Assembly: GCA_044226625.1 (NCBI GenBank)
Contig: JBGAGQ010000035.1
Location: forward strand, 1-62,544
Direction of reading: 5' to 3'
Source: Thermoanaerobaculia bacterium
GTDB lineage: Bacteria > Acidobacteriota > Thermoanaerobaculia > Multivoradales > UBA5704
Length of the DNA: 62,544 nt
Below are positions 46,951-56,401 of the stretch, one piece after another. A model generated the notes under the pieces. It did not search any database and had not been told where the DNA came from. It saw only the letters and a program-made list of their open reading frames with translations. Numbering within the stretch: position 1 is the first letter of the stretch; each line of letters starts with the position of its first letter. The position numbers were made by a program, and so were the translations under genes.

Positions 46951-48476
46951 ACCGCGACAGGATGCCGAGAAGGGAGAACGCGACGATGAGTAGAACAACG
47001 AGAACGCGCGTCGGCGGTCGGCTCCCGGACCTCGTCGCGGGGCTCGCCATCCTCCCATTGGTCTTCGCTCTCTCCGCCCCGGGGCCCGCGAACGCGCAAG
47101 TTACGAAGGCGACCGAGCTGCGCTATCCGCCGCTCCGAGAAACCGTCGCCCCCGTTCCCCAGAGGGTCGTGTTGGACAACGGACTCACCGTTCTCCTGCT
47201 CGAGGACCACGAGCTTCCCCTGGTCGAGGTGACGGCCCTGATCCGAACCGGAGCGCTCTACGAACCCGAGGACAAGGTGGGGCTCGCCGACATGGTCGGT
47301 CGCGTCCTTCGAAGTGGCGGCACCCAGCGCCAAACGGGTGACGAGATGGACGATTTCCTCGAGAACCGGGCGGCCTCGATCGACGCGTGGATCGGCGACG
47401 ACGCCGGGACCGTCCGCCTTTCCGCCTTGCGTGAAGATTTCCCTGAGGTCTTCCAGACCTTCGCCGACGTGTTGCGTCGACCGATATTCGATGCCACCAA
47501 GATCGAGCTCGCCCGCAACCGCGCGACCGCGGAGGTCGCGCGCCAGAACGACGACCCGCAGGAGATCCTGGATCGGGAATTCCGCGAGGTCGTGTTCGGC
47601 AAGGATTCGCCGGAAGCCCGGACGCCGACGTTCTCCTCGCTCGCGGCGATCCGCAAAGCGGACCTCGTGGCTTGGCACGCCAAATATTTCCATCCCGAGC
47701 GCGTCATCCTCGGCATCGTCGGCGACGTGGATGCCGCCGCGACCCTGTCGCTGGTGCGAGCAGCGTTCGGGGACTGGCCCCGGGGGCCTGCGCTCGAGGA
47801 GCCCAAGCCGGCGCCGCCTCGGGAGGTCAAACCGGGCGTCTACACGGTCGACCTCGACGAGATTCCTCAATCGAGCATCGCGATGGGCTATCTGGGCATC
47901 CGCCGCGACGACCCCGACTTTTTCGCGGTCGAAGTGCTGAACCAGCTTTTCGGAGGCTCGTTCGCTTCGCGCCTGTTCGCCGAGATTCGGACGAAGAAGG
48001 CGCTCGGCTATGTGGTGTATGGCGGGATCGCCAGCGACTGGACGCGCCCGGACCTCACCCAGCTCGTCCTCACGACCAAGGCCGAGACCACGGGCGCCGG
48101 AATCGCCGCGTTGATCGACGAGACGAAAGCGCTGTTCACCTCCCCGCCCACCGACCGCGAGGTCGAGGAGGCGAAGCAGGCGATCCTTTCCTCGTTCGTC
48201 TTCACCGGAGACTCGATAAAAAAGGTCCTTCGCCAGCGCCTTCCGCTGGAGTACTGGGGCTATCCCGCCGACTGGTACGACCGCTACCGCGCGGGGATCG
48301 AAGCGGTGACGACCGATCAGGTGCGGAAAGCGGCGGCACGCCTGCTCCACCCCGAGAAGTTCGCGATCGTGGTGGTGGGGCCCGCGGCGCCGCGGGAGCG
48401 ACCCTTGTCGGATTTCGGCCCGGTGACCCCGCTCGACATCACCATTCCGGGCACCGCCAAGCCCTCCAAGCCCTGA
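46947..48476 (+). CDS. M16 peptidase-like non-catalytic partner subunit
   Basis: LDNGL..EDHELP, no HxxEH, SRLF.EIR..KALGY; ATGA overlap (alternative start 46986). Confidence 0.88.
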   Translation: MNRDRMPRRENATMSRTTRTRVGGRLPDLVAGLAILPLVFALSAPGPANAQVTKATELRYPPLRETVAPVPQRVVLDNGLTVLLLEDHELPLVEVTALIRTGALYEPEDKVGLADMVGRVLRSGGTQRQTGDEMDDFLENRAASIDAWIGDDAGTVRLSALREDFPEVFQTFADVLRRPIFDATKIELARNRATAEVARQNDDPQEILDREFREVVFGKDSPEARTPTFSSLAAIRKADLVAWHAKYFHPERVILGIVGDVDAAATLSLVRAAFGDWPRGPALEEPKPAPPREVKPGVYTVDLDEIPQSSIAMGYLGIRRDDPDFFAVEVLNQLFGGSFASRLFAEIRTKKALGYVVYGGIASDWTRPDLTQLVLTTKAETTGAGIAALIDETKALFTSPPTDREVEEAKQAILSSFVFTGDSIKKVLRQRLPLEYWGYPADWYDRYRAGIEAVTTDQVRKAAARLLHPEKFAIVVVGPAAPRERPLSDFGPVTPLDITIPGTAKPSKP

Positions 48477-48604
48477 CCGCGCGCCCAAGAGGGCTGACCG
48501 ACTCACCGGGCCGACGATCCGACCGGACCGTTAGCTGGCCCGCCTTCCTTTCCGCCACCCCCACGGGCGGTACGGCAGGGCTTTTTTCCGCTTTCTCGCG
48601 TTTT

Positions 48605-48620
48605 GGGCACGAAGTTTGCT
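48605..48620 (+). promoter_or_regulatory. Sigma54 (-24/-12) promoter
   Basis: gGGCACGaagtTTGCt: GG 48606-7 and GC 48618-9 exactly 10 nt apart, in an AT-rich intergenic region. Confidence 0.8.
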
Positions 48621-48704
48621 TTTTAAATCTCGGTCTATTTCCACCGTCTCTTCTAATGAACGGCATATGATCGAGATTCGAGATTGGAATCGACTCGCGT
48701 GACC

Positions 48705-49400
48705 ATGGTGCAAAACGAACGGCCCGCCACGCCGGTGCCGCAGGCCCCTCTCCAACCCACCCCCTCCGCGGCCGACCTCGCAGCGCTCGAACGGATCGCG
48801 CCCGCCCTCGCCCACGATTTGAGAGGGCCGATCAACACGATGAACTTCCAGCTCGAGCTGCTCTCCGACGTGCTCAGCGCCCGCCTGCCCCAAGATCCTT
48901 CGGCCGAGCGCTCCTTGCGCTATGCCCGAGGCTTGAAGAGCGAGCTTTCGCGCCTTCATCGCGGCCTGGAAGCACTGTTCGCCCAGATCGCCTATCCCCC
49001 GACCGACGTCTGGGACGCGACCGAGACGGTCGGTGACCTCGTCCTCCTCCTCGAAGCGGCAGCGCGGAAGGCACGCGTCGGCCTCGTGACCGACCTGCCG
49101 GACTTGCCCCTCGCGACGACCGGCGACCGCGCGACGTTTCGCCGCGTCTCCCTTTCGCTCGCGCTGGAGATCCTCGACCGGCTGGAACCGGGCGGATCGC
49201 TGGAAGTCCACCTGCTCACGACCGGCGACGGTCTTCCTCAGCTCGAGCTGATCGGCTCGGGCCCGCTCTCACCGCAGGCCGAGCCGCGGCTTGCGGCGGC
49301 CCGCTCGCGACTCGGCCATGCGGGCTTCGAACTCGCGCGCTCGGGCTCCGACGATCGACCGCGGCTAGTGGTGACCTGCGCCGGCACCTCGGAGAGCTGA
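48705..49400 (+). CDS. Sensor-less HisKA protein with degenerate ATPase domain (phosphotransferase-like)
   Basis: H-box LAHDLRGPINT; no recognisable N/G1/F/G2 boxes. Confidence 0.7.
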   Translation: MVQNERPATPVPQAPLQPTPSAADLAALERIAPALAHDLRGPINTMNFQLELLSDVLSARLPQDPSAERSLRYARGLKSELSRLHRGLEALFAQIAYPPTDVWDATETVGDLVLLLEAAARKARVGLVTDLPDLPLATTGDRATFRRVSLSLALEILDRLEPGGSLEVHLLTTGDGLPQLELIGSGPLSPQAEPRLAAARSRLGHAGFELARSGSDDRPRLVVTCAGTSES

Positions 49401-49403
49401 CGC

Positions 49404-50738
49404 ATGCCTCACGCCCTCGCCGTCGACGACGATCCCAACTTCCTCCTCGCCCTGGCCGAGCTGATCGAGGGGCAAGGGTTCACGGTCAACACGGCCACCA
49501 CGCTTCGCGACGCCCGCCAACGGCTCGCCCGCCAGATTCCCGACGTCGTCCTGGTCGACCTCTACCTCCCGGACGGCACGGGTACCGAGCTGCTCAAGGA
49601 GTTCGACCCGGTGCGCGCGACCCAGGTGGTCCTGATGACCGGCCACGCCGACCTCGAAAGCGCGGTCCAGGCGCTGCGCCTCGGCGCCAGCGATTACCTG
49701 ACCAAACCGCTCGACATCGGCCGACTCAAAGGGATCCTGACCAAAGTCGCGAACGAAAGCATTGAGGAGCGGCCGGCCGTCGTCGAGATGCCGCAAGTGG
49801 AGGTGGGCCGCTTCGGCCTCCTGATCGGCGAATCCACCGCGATGCAGGAGGTCTACTCCCTTCTCTCGCGAGTGGCGCCCACCGAGGCGACGGTCTTCGT
49901 CATCGGCGAGAGCGGCACAGGAAAGGACCTCGCCGCGCAGACCCTCCACATGCTGTCGGCGCGCGCGCGCGGTCCCTTCCTGCCGCTCAACTGCGGCGCG
50001 ATCTCGCCCAATCTGATCGAGAGCGAGCTGTTCGGTCACGAACGCGGAAGCTTCACGGGCGCGCAACGGCGGCATCAGGGTTATTTCGAGCGCTCCCACG
50101 GGGGCACCCTGTTCCTGGACGAGATCACCGAAATGCCGATCGAGCTGCAGGTCAAGCTCCTCCGTGTGCTCGAGACCGGCCAGGTGACCCGGGTCGGCGG
50201 CGATCAGCCGACCGACGTCGACGTTCGGGTGATCACCGCGACCAACCGAGACCCCGCCGAAGCGGTCACCCAAGGGAGACTGCGCGAGGACCTGCTCTAT
50301 CGGCTCCAAGTTTTCCCGGTCACGATGCCACCGCTGCGCCAGCGCGGCGACGACGTTGAATTGCTCGCGACTCATTTCCTCTCCGACCTGAACGAGCGGA
50401 GCGGCGGCCACAAGACCTTTTCGAACGACGCGATCGACCGGCTGCGCTCCCACTCGTGGCCGGGAAACGTACGCGAGCTCAAGAACGTGATCCATCGGGC
50501 CTACATCCTCGCCGACGCCGAGATCGAGCCACGGCACCTCCCGCACGCTCTGGCACCGGAGGCGACGCCGTCCCACTCGCTCCACTTCGAGGTCGGAGCC
50601 TCGATCGAGGAGGTCGAGCGCCGGTTGATCATCGCGACCCTCGACGTCCACGGCGGCAACAAGCGGAAGACCGCCGACGTCCTCGGGGTCAGCCTGAAGA
50701 CGCTCTATAATCGCTTGAATGCGTACCGGATGGTGTGA
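49404..50738 (+). CDS. Sigma54-dependent NtrC-family response regulator
   Basis: REC (VDDD, D, T, KP), GESGTGKD, ESELFGHERGSFTGA, LFLDEI, WPGNVREL, Fis HTH. Confidence 0.95.
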   Translation: MPHALAVDDDPNFLLALAELIEGQGFTVNTATTLRDARQRLARQIPDVVLVDLYLPDGTGTELLKEFDPVRATQVVLMTGHADLESAVQALRLGASDYLTKPLDIGRLKGILTKVANESIEERPAVVEMPQVEVGRFGLLIGESTAMQEVYSLLSRVAPTEATVFVIGESGTGKDLAAQTLHMLSARARGPFLPLNCGAISPNLIESELFGHERGSFTGAQRRHQGYFERSHGGTLFLDEITEMPIELQVKLLRVLETGQVTRVGGDQPTDVDVRVITATNRDPAEAVTQGRLREDLLYRLQVFPVTMPPLRQRGDDVELLATHFLSDLNERSGGHKTFSNDAIDRLRSHSWPGNVRELKNVIHRAYILADAEIEPRHLPHALAPEATPSHSLHFEVGASIEEVERRLIIATLDVHGGNKRKTADVLGVSLKTLYNRLNAYRMV

Positions 50739-50780
50739 GGGAGGGTAGCGCCTTATCAGGCGATGTCCGGAGGGTTGGTT

Positions 50781-50809
50781 TTGACAGGCACGGCTCGGGC
50801 AACTAGGAT
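50781..50809 (+). promoter_or_regulatory. Sigma70 promoter for tRNA-His-hisS
   Basis: TTGACA-N17-TAGGAT, 11 nt upstream of the tRNA. Confidence 0.8.
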
Positions 50810-50820
50810 TCGCCGGCTGC

Positions 50821-50895
50821 GCCGGTGTAGCTCAGTGGTAGAGCGCCTGACTGTGGATCAGGAGGTCATGGGTTCGACCCCCATCGCCGGTGCCA
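50821..50895 (+). tRNA. tRNA-His (GTG)
   Basis: Cloverleaf GCCGGTG-TA-GCTC/GAGC-CCTGA-CT GTG GA-TCAGG-ATGGG TTCGACC CCCAT-CGCCGGT-G-CCA, 75 nt. Confidence 0.95.
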
Positions 50896-50938
50896 TCCTC
50901 CCCCCTCTCCGTACGCCGTCCCGACAGGAAGACCTCTG

Positions 50939-52393
50939 ATGGCTGAGAACTCCGAGCCCTTGGATTCCAAGGCATTCGTCGAACCGCGCCTCTCTCGGGG
51001 GCTTCGCGACCTCCTGCCCGAGCAGATGCTCGCCCGCCAGAAGGTGATCGACACGGCGCGTCGGGTCTACGAGCTCTATGGCTTCGTACCGCTCTCCACC
51101 CCGGCGGTAGAGTTCCTCGACGTCCTCCGCGGCTCGGCCGGGCAGGAAGCGACGCAATCGATCTTCCGCGTCACCAACCCGGAAGAGGAGGCGCTCGGAT
51201 TGCGCTTCGATCTGACCGTGCCGCTCGCCCGCGTGGTCGCGCAGTACGTCGATCTACCGCGTCCTTTCCGCCGGTATCAGGTGTCTCCGGTCTGGAGGGC
51301 GGACAAGCCCGGGCCCGGACGGTTCCGCGAGTTCACCCAGTTCGACCTCGATTCCGTCGGAACCGAGTCGGAAATCGCCGATACCGAGATCATCGCCGGC
51401 ATGTGCGACACCTTGAAGGCGCTCGAGGCGGGCCCATTCCGCGTGCGCTTCTCCAGCCGCCGGATCTTGAACCTGCTACTCCGCCATGCCGAGATCGCGG
51501 AGCGACAAGGGGTCGACGTCTTGCGGGTGCTCGACAAGCTCGACAAGATCGGTATCGAGAAGGTGCGCAAGGAGCTCACCGTCGGCTACTACGACGAGTC
51601 GGGGGACTTCATCCGAGGCCTCGGGCTCGCCATGGCGCAGGTCGAGCGGATCGAGCGCTTCCTCGCGATCCGGGGCGAAAACCGCCGCGAGGTCCTGTTC
51701 GCGCTTCGCGACTACTTCTCGGGAGCGTCCGACGCCGCGCCGGAGCTCGACCTGGTCGAGCGGATCTCAAATCACCTCTACAGCTTGGGCTATGCCGAGG
51801 ATCAGGCGGAGCTCGATCTTTCGATCGCCCGCGGTCTCGCCTATTACACCGGTCCGGTTTTCGAAGGGGTCCTGCTCGACGCGCCCCAGTTCGGCTCCGT
51901 GTTCGGCGGCGGGCGGTATGACGATCTGGTCATGCGCTTCCGCGGCGAGCGGATTCCGGCGACCGGCGCCTCGCTGGGGGTCGACCGTCTGCTCGCGGCG
52001 CTCACCCATCTGGGGCTCGCCGGCGGACGCAAATCGACCTCGGAGGTCTTGGTGGCGCGGATCGACCCTGCCCTGGAGAGCGATTCGCTGGCGATGGTTT
52101 ACGAGCTTCGGCGCGCGGGGATCGCGGCCGAGCTCTATCTGGGGACCGAGAAATCGATCGGCAAGCAGGTCAAGTACGCCGACGCGACCGGCATTCCGAT
52201 CGTCCTCCTCTACGGCTCGAACGAGCACGAGCGTCAGGTGGTCACGCTCAAGGACATGGAGGCAGGGCGCGAGCGGGCGAAGAAGCTCGGCGATCGGCGC
52301 GAGTGGCTCGCCGCGCGGCCCGGCCAACGCGAGGCGGCGCGGGCGGATCTCATCGCGGAAGTGCGGCGAATGCTCGACGCCGCGGAGGGGTGA
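50939..52393 (+). CDS. hisS: Histidyl-tRNA synthetase
   Basis: RGLRD, LRFDLTVPLAR, WRADKPGPGRFREFTQFD, RGLAYYTG, GGGRYD, GVDR, anticodon-binding domain. Confidence 0.96.
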   Translation: MAENSEPLDSKAFVEPRLSRGLRDLLPEQMLARQKVIDTARRVYELYGFVPLSTPAVEFLDVLRGSAGQEATQSIFRVTNPEEEALGLRFDLTVPLARVVAQYVDLPRPFRRYQVSPVWRADKPGPGRFREFTQFDLDSVGTESEIADTEIIAGMCDTLKALEAGPFRVRFSSRRILNLLLRHAEIAERQGVDVLRVLDKLDKIGIEKVRKELTVGYYDESGDFIRGLGLAMAQVERIERFLAIRGENRREVLFALRDYFSGASDAAPELDLVERISNHLYSLGYAEDQAELDLSIARGLAYYTGPVFEGVLLDAPQFGSVFGGGRYDDLVMRFRGERIPATGASLGVDRLLAALTHLGLAGGRKSTSEVLVARIDPALESDSLAMVYELRRAGIAAELYLGTEKSIGKQVKYADATGIPIVLLYGSNEHERQVVTLKDMEAGRERAKKLGDRREWLAARPGQREAARADLIAEVRRMLDAAEG

Positions 52394-52397
52394 GGCC

Positions 52398-54308
52398 GTG
52401 GCACCGAACGATCCCCGCCCTCGCGGCCCCGGCGAAGCCGAGGAGCCTCCCCGGTATTGCGTCGTCCTCGACGGATCGAGCCTGACGCCCGCCGATCTCG
52501 CCCGGATCGCGCGAGATCCGGCGACCGAGGTGGTCTGTTCCGAGGAGGCGGTCGCGCGGCTCGGACGCGGTCGGCGCCGGATCGAGGCGATCGCCGAGGA
52601 ATATACCCGGGCCTATCGCCGGCTCGAACGCGGCGAAGAGGGGAATCCACCGGTCCTGGATTACGGGGTGACGACCGGCTTCGGCGAGTTCAAGAACATC
52701 CCGATCGCCCCCGATCAACTCGAGCTGCTGCAACAGAACATCCTGCTTTCCCACGCCGTGGGCGTCGGCGAGGGGGCCGACCCGGACGATCCCGCCAGCT
52801 ACTTCCCGGCCGAGGTGGTCCGAGCCGCCCTGGCGATCCGCCTGAACGCGTTTCTGATCGGTTGCTCGGGGGTCCGTGTCGAGGTCGCCGAGGCGGTGCG
52901 TCGGATGCTCGTTCGAGGCGTGATCCCCCGTGTGCCGATTCGCGGTTCGGTCGGCTCGAGCGGTGACCTCTGCCCGCTCGCCCACCTTTTCGTGGTCCTG
53001 CTGGGCGAAGGGGATTACTTCGTGGTCCGCACGACCGAGGACCTTAAGAACCGTCCCCGAACGCTCCGGCGCGGTCTCGATCAGCTGGCCGAAGATCTCG
53101 CCGATCCGGCCTCCGGAGCCCCCTGGCCTTCGCCGGGCGTGAGCTTCAAGGAAGGCCTCGCGCTCACGAACGGTGCGACCTTCTCGGCCGCGATGTTGGC
53201 TCTCGCGGTACACGACGGCGAAGCGGTCGCCGAGCACGCGGACCTTGCCGCCGCTCTCTCGCTCGAGGCGGTCCGCGGCTGCGCGCGGGCGCTTGATCCG
53301 AAAGTCCATCGGATGCGCGGACATCGGGGCGCGATCGAAAGCGCCGCGCGTATGCGCGAGCACCTCGCGGGCAGCTCTCTGCTCGATGGCGCCGGGGCTG
53401 TCCAAGATGTCTATTCGCTCCGCTGCGCGCCACAGGTCCACGGCGCCGCGCGCGACGCGATTGCCTTCGCGCGGACGGTTGCCGAACGGGAGATCAACGC
53501 CGCGACCGACAATCCCCTGTTCTTCCCCGAAGCGGAGGACGAGCCCTGGGATTGGCAATTCCGCGCCAACTGGCCGGCGGGATATGACGGGACCCGGCGC
53601 GCCTCGTTTTCCGCCGGCAACTTCCATGGCGAGCCGGTCGGCATGGCTGCCGATTTTCTCGCGATCGCCCTCGCCGAGCTGGCGAGCATCTCGGAGCGGC
53701 GGACCCAAATGCTGCTCGACGGACACCACAACCGCGGCTTGCCGCCGAACCTCATCCCCTGGGCGGGGGTGAACTCGGGATTGATGATCGCGCAGTATTC
53801 GGCGGCGGCCGTCGTCTCAGAGAACAAAGTCCTCGCCCATCCGTCGTCGGTGGATTCGATTCCGACCTCGGCGAACAGCGAGGACCACAACGCCATGGCG
53901 ACCTTTGCCGCCCGCAAGCTTCGGACGGTGCTCGGCAACGTTCAGGCGGTGCTCGCGGTCGAGCTTCTGTCGGCCGCCCAGGCGATCGAATGGCGTACCT
54001 TGATGGCCGCCGGCGGCGGCGCTTTGGCGGAGTCGGCCGTTCGAGCCGAAGATCCCGGGAGCCTCATCCGCGCCGCGCAAGAGAAGGCGAGCGCCTACGA
54101 TGCCCAGCTCGCCGACTTCACTGCGTGGACGGTGGAGGAGCGGCGCGGGACGATCGCGAGCTTGCTCGGCGCGGGCACGGGGCCGGGCTATTTGGGCGTT
54201 CGGAGCGCAGCCCCGTCGATGCTCAGCGACCGGCGCCTGGACGTGGACGTCCGGGCGGTACGCGCGCTCGTCGAGCGGGGCGAGCTCGTGAACCGTTTGC
54301 CTCGTTGA
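52398..54308 (+). CDS. MIO-dependent aromatic amino acid lyase, probably histidine ammonia-lyase
   Basis: YGVTTGFG, LSHAVGVG, GSVGSSGDL.PLAH, KEGLALTNG, QDVYSLRC.PQV, TDNP, GNFHG, SANSEDH. Confidence 0.88.
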   Translation: MAPNDPRPRGPGEAEEPPRYCVVLDGSSLTPADLARIARDPATEVVCSEEAVARLGRGRRRIEAIAEEYTRAYRRLERGEEGNPPVLDYGVTTGFGEFKNIPIAPDQLELLQQNILLSHAVGVGEGADPDDPASYFPAEVVRAALAIRLNAFLIGCSGVRVEVAEAVRRMLVRGVIPRVPIRGSVGSSGDLCPLAHLFVVLLGEGDYFVVRTTEDLKNRPRTLRRGLDQLAEDLADPASGAPWPSPGVSFKEGLALTNGATFSAAMLALAVHDGEAVAEHADLAAALSLEAVRGCARALDPKVHRMRGHRGAIESAARMREHLAGSSLLDGAGAVQDVYSLRCAPQVHGAARDAIAFARTVAEREINAATDNPLFFPEAEDEPWDWQFRANWPAGYDGTRRASFSAGNFHGEPVGMAADFLAIALAELASISERRTQMLLDGHHNRGLPPNLIPWAGVNSGLMIAQYSAAAVVSENKVLAHPSSVDSIPTSANSEDHNAMATFAARKLRTVLGNVQAVLAVELLSAAQAIEWRTLMAAGGGALAESAVRAEDPGSLIRAAQEKASAYDAQLADFTAWTVEERRGTIASLLGAGTGPGYLGVRSAAPSMLSDRRLDVDVRAVRALVERGELVNRLPR

Positions 54309-54328
54309 CCTTAGCTCTCCGTCTCCCC

Positions 54329-54356
54329 TTGAAATCGGTCGGGAAACTTGTATACT
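54329..54356 (+). promoter_or_regulatory. Putative sigma70 promoter upstream of a long leader
   Basis: TTGAAA-N16-TATACT. Confidence 0.55.
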
Positions 54357-54596
54357 TCCGGGCCATTCACACCGCCCCAGAGCCCAGCAGCCAGATTTGC
54401 ACGTTGCGAGTCTCCGGGGAGGGTGAGTGTACAAAGGGCGAAAGCCGACGAAATGCACGACCCAAAGTCGATTCCGATGGCGCTCTGCGGCCGGAAAAGT
54501 GAAATGATGCCGCTGAGCTTTGACCCGAACCGTGCGAGCGTCCGGGCTTAGCCGGATTCTCGTTCTGTCCTTAAATCCATAAAAGGGAGAAGACCA

Positions 54597-54800
54597 ATGA
54601 AGAAGGCTCTGATTTCTCTGTCCATGCTGTTCGTTTTGGCCGCGCTCGTCGCTCCGATGGTCGGTTGCGCCAAGAAGGAAGAGCCGGCGGAGACCGCCGT
54701 CGAGACGACCACCGAGACCAGCGGCACCGAGATGACCTCCGAGGCTCCGATGAGCACCGAGATGACCTCGGAAGCTGCCCCGATGACCACGGGCCAGTAG
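54597..54800 (+). CDS. Small Thr/Glu/Met-rich lipoprotein (67 aa)
   Basis: SD GGGAG, MKK signal, lipobox VGC, repeat TEMTSEAPM, own terminator. Confidence 0.8.
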   Translation: MKKALISLSMLFVLAALVAPMVGCAKKEEPAETAVETTTETSGTEMTSEAPMSTEMTSEAAPMTTGQ

Positions 54801-54844
54801 TTTTAGATTCAGCCAGAACGTTTCCTCGAGAAACGAGCCGTAGG

Positions 54845-54870
54845 AACGGGCGCCGCAAGGCGCCCGTTTT
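54845..54870 (+). terminator. Rho-independent terminator
   Basis: aacgggcgcc-GCAA-ggcgcccgtt-tt. Confidence 0.8.
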
Positions 54871-54911
54871 CGTTGGTGACTCTCCCCTTCGGAGGAACCG
54901 TCCGTTCGATC

Positions 54912-55580
54912 TCATCCGCCGATTTCGGCGAGAAACCGTCCGGCGATCGCGCGGAACTCGTCGGTCCACTCGTGTCCGCCGGCAAAGGGAGCGGGGCGGG
55001 CATCGACGCCGGCCGCGCGGAGGCGTCGGATGTCGGCATCCAGCTTGGCGGGGGTGTAGAACGATTCGGCTACCCCCGCTCCGACGAGGACCGGAGGAAG
55101 CCCCGCGAGCTCAACGTCGGAGATCTCGGGCGGCACGTCGCCGCCGAGCGCGATTACCCCGGCGGAGCGCGCGCCGCTCTTGGCCGCCGCCCGGTAAGCC
55201 ATCGCCACCCCTTGAGAAAAGCCGGCGAAGACGAGAGGACCCTCCGCTCGCTCCCGCAACCGGACCACAGCCGAGGCCACGTAGGCGACGTTGTCGTCGA
55301 TCGCATGGTCGCGGTCGAAACGGGTCATCCAGGAGGCCACCACCTCTTGGGTCCGGGTATAAAAGGGATGTAGCGCCTGGACCGCCGCTACCCACCAGCG
55401 GTCGGTTCCCGGGATCTTCATCAGCTCCGCTAGATGGCGCTCGGCACTCTCGCCATAGCCGTGAAAACCGATCAGGAGAGGCGACCTCTCCCTCATCGCG
55501 AACGGCGGCCGGAGAAGGACCGTCCCGTGGACCCGCGCCGAAATGCTGAGAGACTCGGTCGCCGAGCTCCCAAGGATCAT
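54912..55580 (-). CDS. Phospholipase/carboxylesterase (alpha/beta hydrolase)
   Basis: FHGYG, GFSQG nucleophile, GGH; ATGA overlap with trpA. Confidence 0.85.
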   Translation of the reverse strand: MILGSSATESLSISARVHGTVLLRPPFAMRERSPLLIGFHGYGESAERHLAELMKIPGTDRWWVAAVQALHPFYTRTQEVVASWMTRFDRDHAIDDNVAYVASAVVRLRERAEGPLVFAGFSQGVAMAYRAAAKSGARSAGVIALGGDVPPEISDVELAGLPPVLVGAGVAESFYTPAKLDADIRRLRAAGVDARPAPFAGGHEWTDEFRAIAGRFLAEIGG

Positions 55581-56401
55581 CGCCGCCCTCCTTTTCGAAG
55601 CGGCGCGGATAGCTCCCGCACGCTCGCCTCCAGCCGTTCGGCCAGATCGGCAGAACCGGCGTGTTCCTCGACCAAGCGCACGAGGGCGCTACCGACCACC
55701 ACGCCGTCGGCGACCTCCCCCACCTCGCGAACCTGCTCGGGGGTGGAAATACCGAAACCGACTGCGAGCGGGAGCGAAAGACTCTTCTTCAACCGGCGGA
55801 TCTCCGCGCCAAGATCTCCCGAGAGCGCGGTCCGTTCTCCGGTCACCCCCGTCCGGGAGACGTAGTAGAGGAAACCCGACGAGGCCTTGGCCGCTCGCCG
55901 GACGCGCTCTTTCGTGCTGGTCGGCGCGAGCAGGTAGATGGAGTCGATTCCGTGCGCTCCGAGGATGGGCGACAGCTCGCGCTCCCCCTCCTCCGGAGGC
56001 AGGTCGACGCAGAGGACGCCGTCCACCCCCGAGGCCGCCGCCTGCTCGGCGAAGCGCTCGATTCCGCGGGCGTGGATCGGGTTGAAGTAAGTGAAGAGGA
56101 CGATCGGCGTCTTCACCCTCCGGCGGACGGAAGCGATCGTTTCGAGAACCCCGGAGAGGGTGGTCCCCGAGGCGAGCGCCCGAAACGCGGCTCGTTGGTT
56201 CACCGGACCGTCGGCGATCGGATCGGAGAACGGTAGGCCGAGCTCGATCAAATCCGCGCCGCCGCGCTCGAGCGCTTCGATCAACTCGCCGGTGGTCCGC
56301 AGGTCGGGATCTCCCGCCATCAGAAAGGGGATGAACGCCACGCGCTTCTCGCGACGACAGGCCGAGAACGCCTGCTCGATCGCTCCGACCGGCCGCCTCA
56401 T
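55577..56401 (-). CDS. trpA: Tryptophan synthase alpha
   Basis: [39 protein letters not shown]. Confidence 0.97.
   Translation of the reverse strand: MRRPVGAIEQAFSACRREKRVAFIPFLMAGDPDLRTTGELIEALERGGADLIELGLPFSDPIADGPVNQRAAFRALASGTTLSGVLETIASVRRRVKTPIVLFTYFNPIHARGIERFAEQAAASGVDGVLCVDLPPEEGERELSPILGAHGIDSIYLLAPTSTKERVRRAAKASSGFLYYVSRTGVTGERTALSGDLGAEIRRLKKSLSLPLAVGFGISTPEQVREVGEVADGVVVGSALVRLVEEHAGSADLAERLEASVRELSAPLRKGGRR

Noticed and set aside
50821-50940. tRNA-His as an integration site for an island or prophage
   Set aside because: No integrase and no duplicated tRNA 3' end noticed; hisS follows directly
52398-54308. Aminomutase of a secondary-metabolite cluster
   Set aside because: No NRPS, PKS or adenylation genes nearby; the SH motif and Glu of the EDH motif favour histidine ammonia-lyase
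54436-54500. c-di-GMP-I (GEMM) riboswitch resemblance (GGCGAAA...GAAA...GACCCAAAG)
   Set aside because: The stem that should flank the GAAA loop does not pair, so it is not called; an Infernal search would decide
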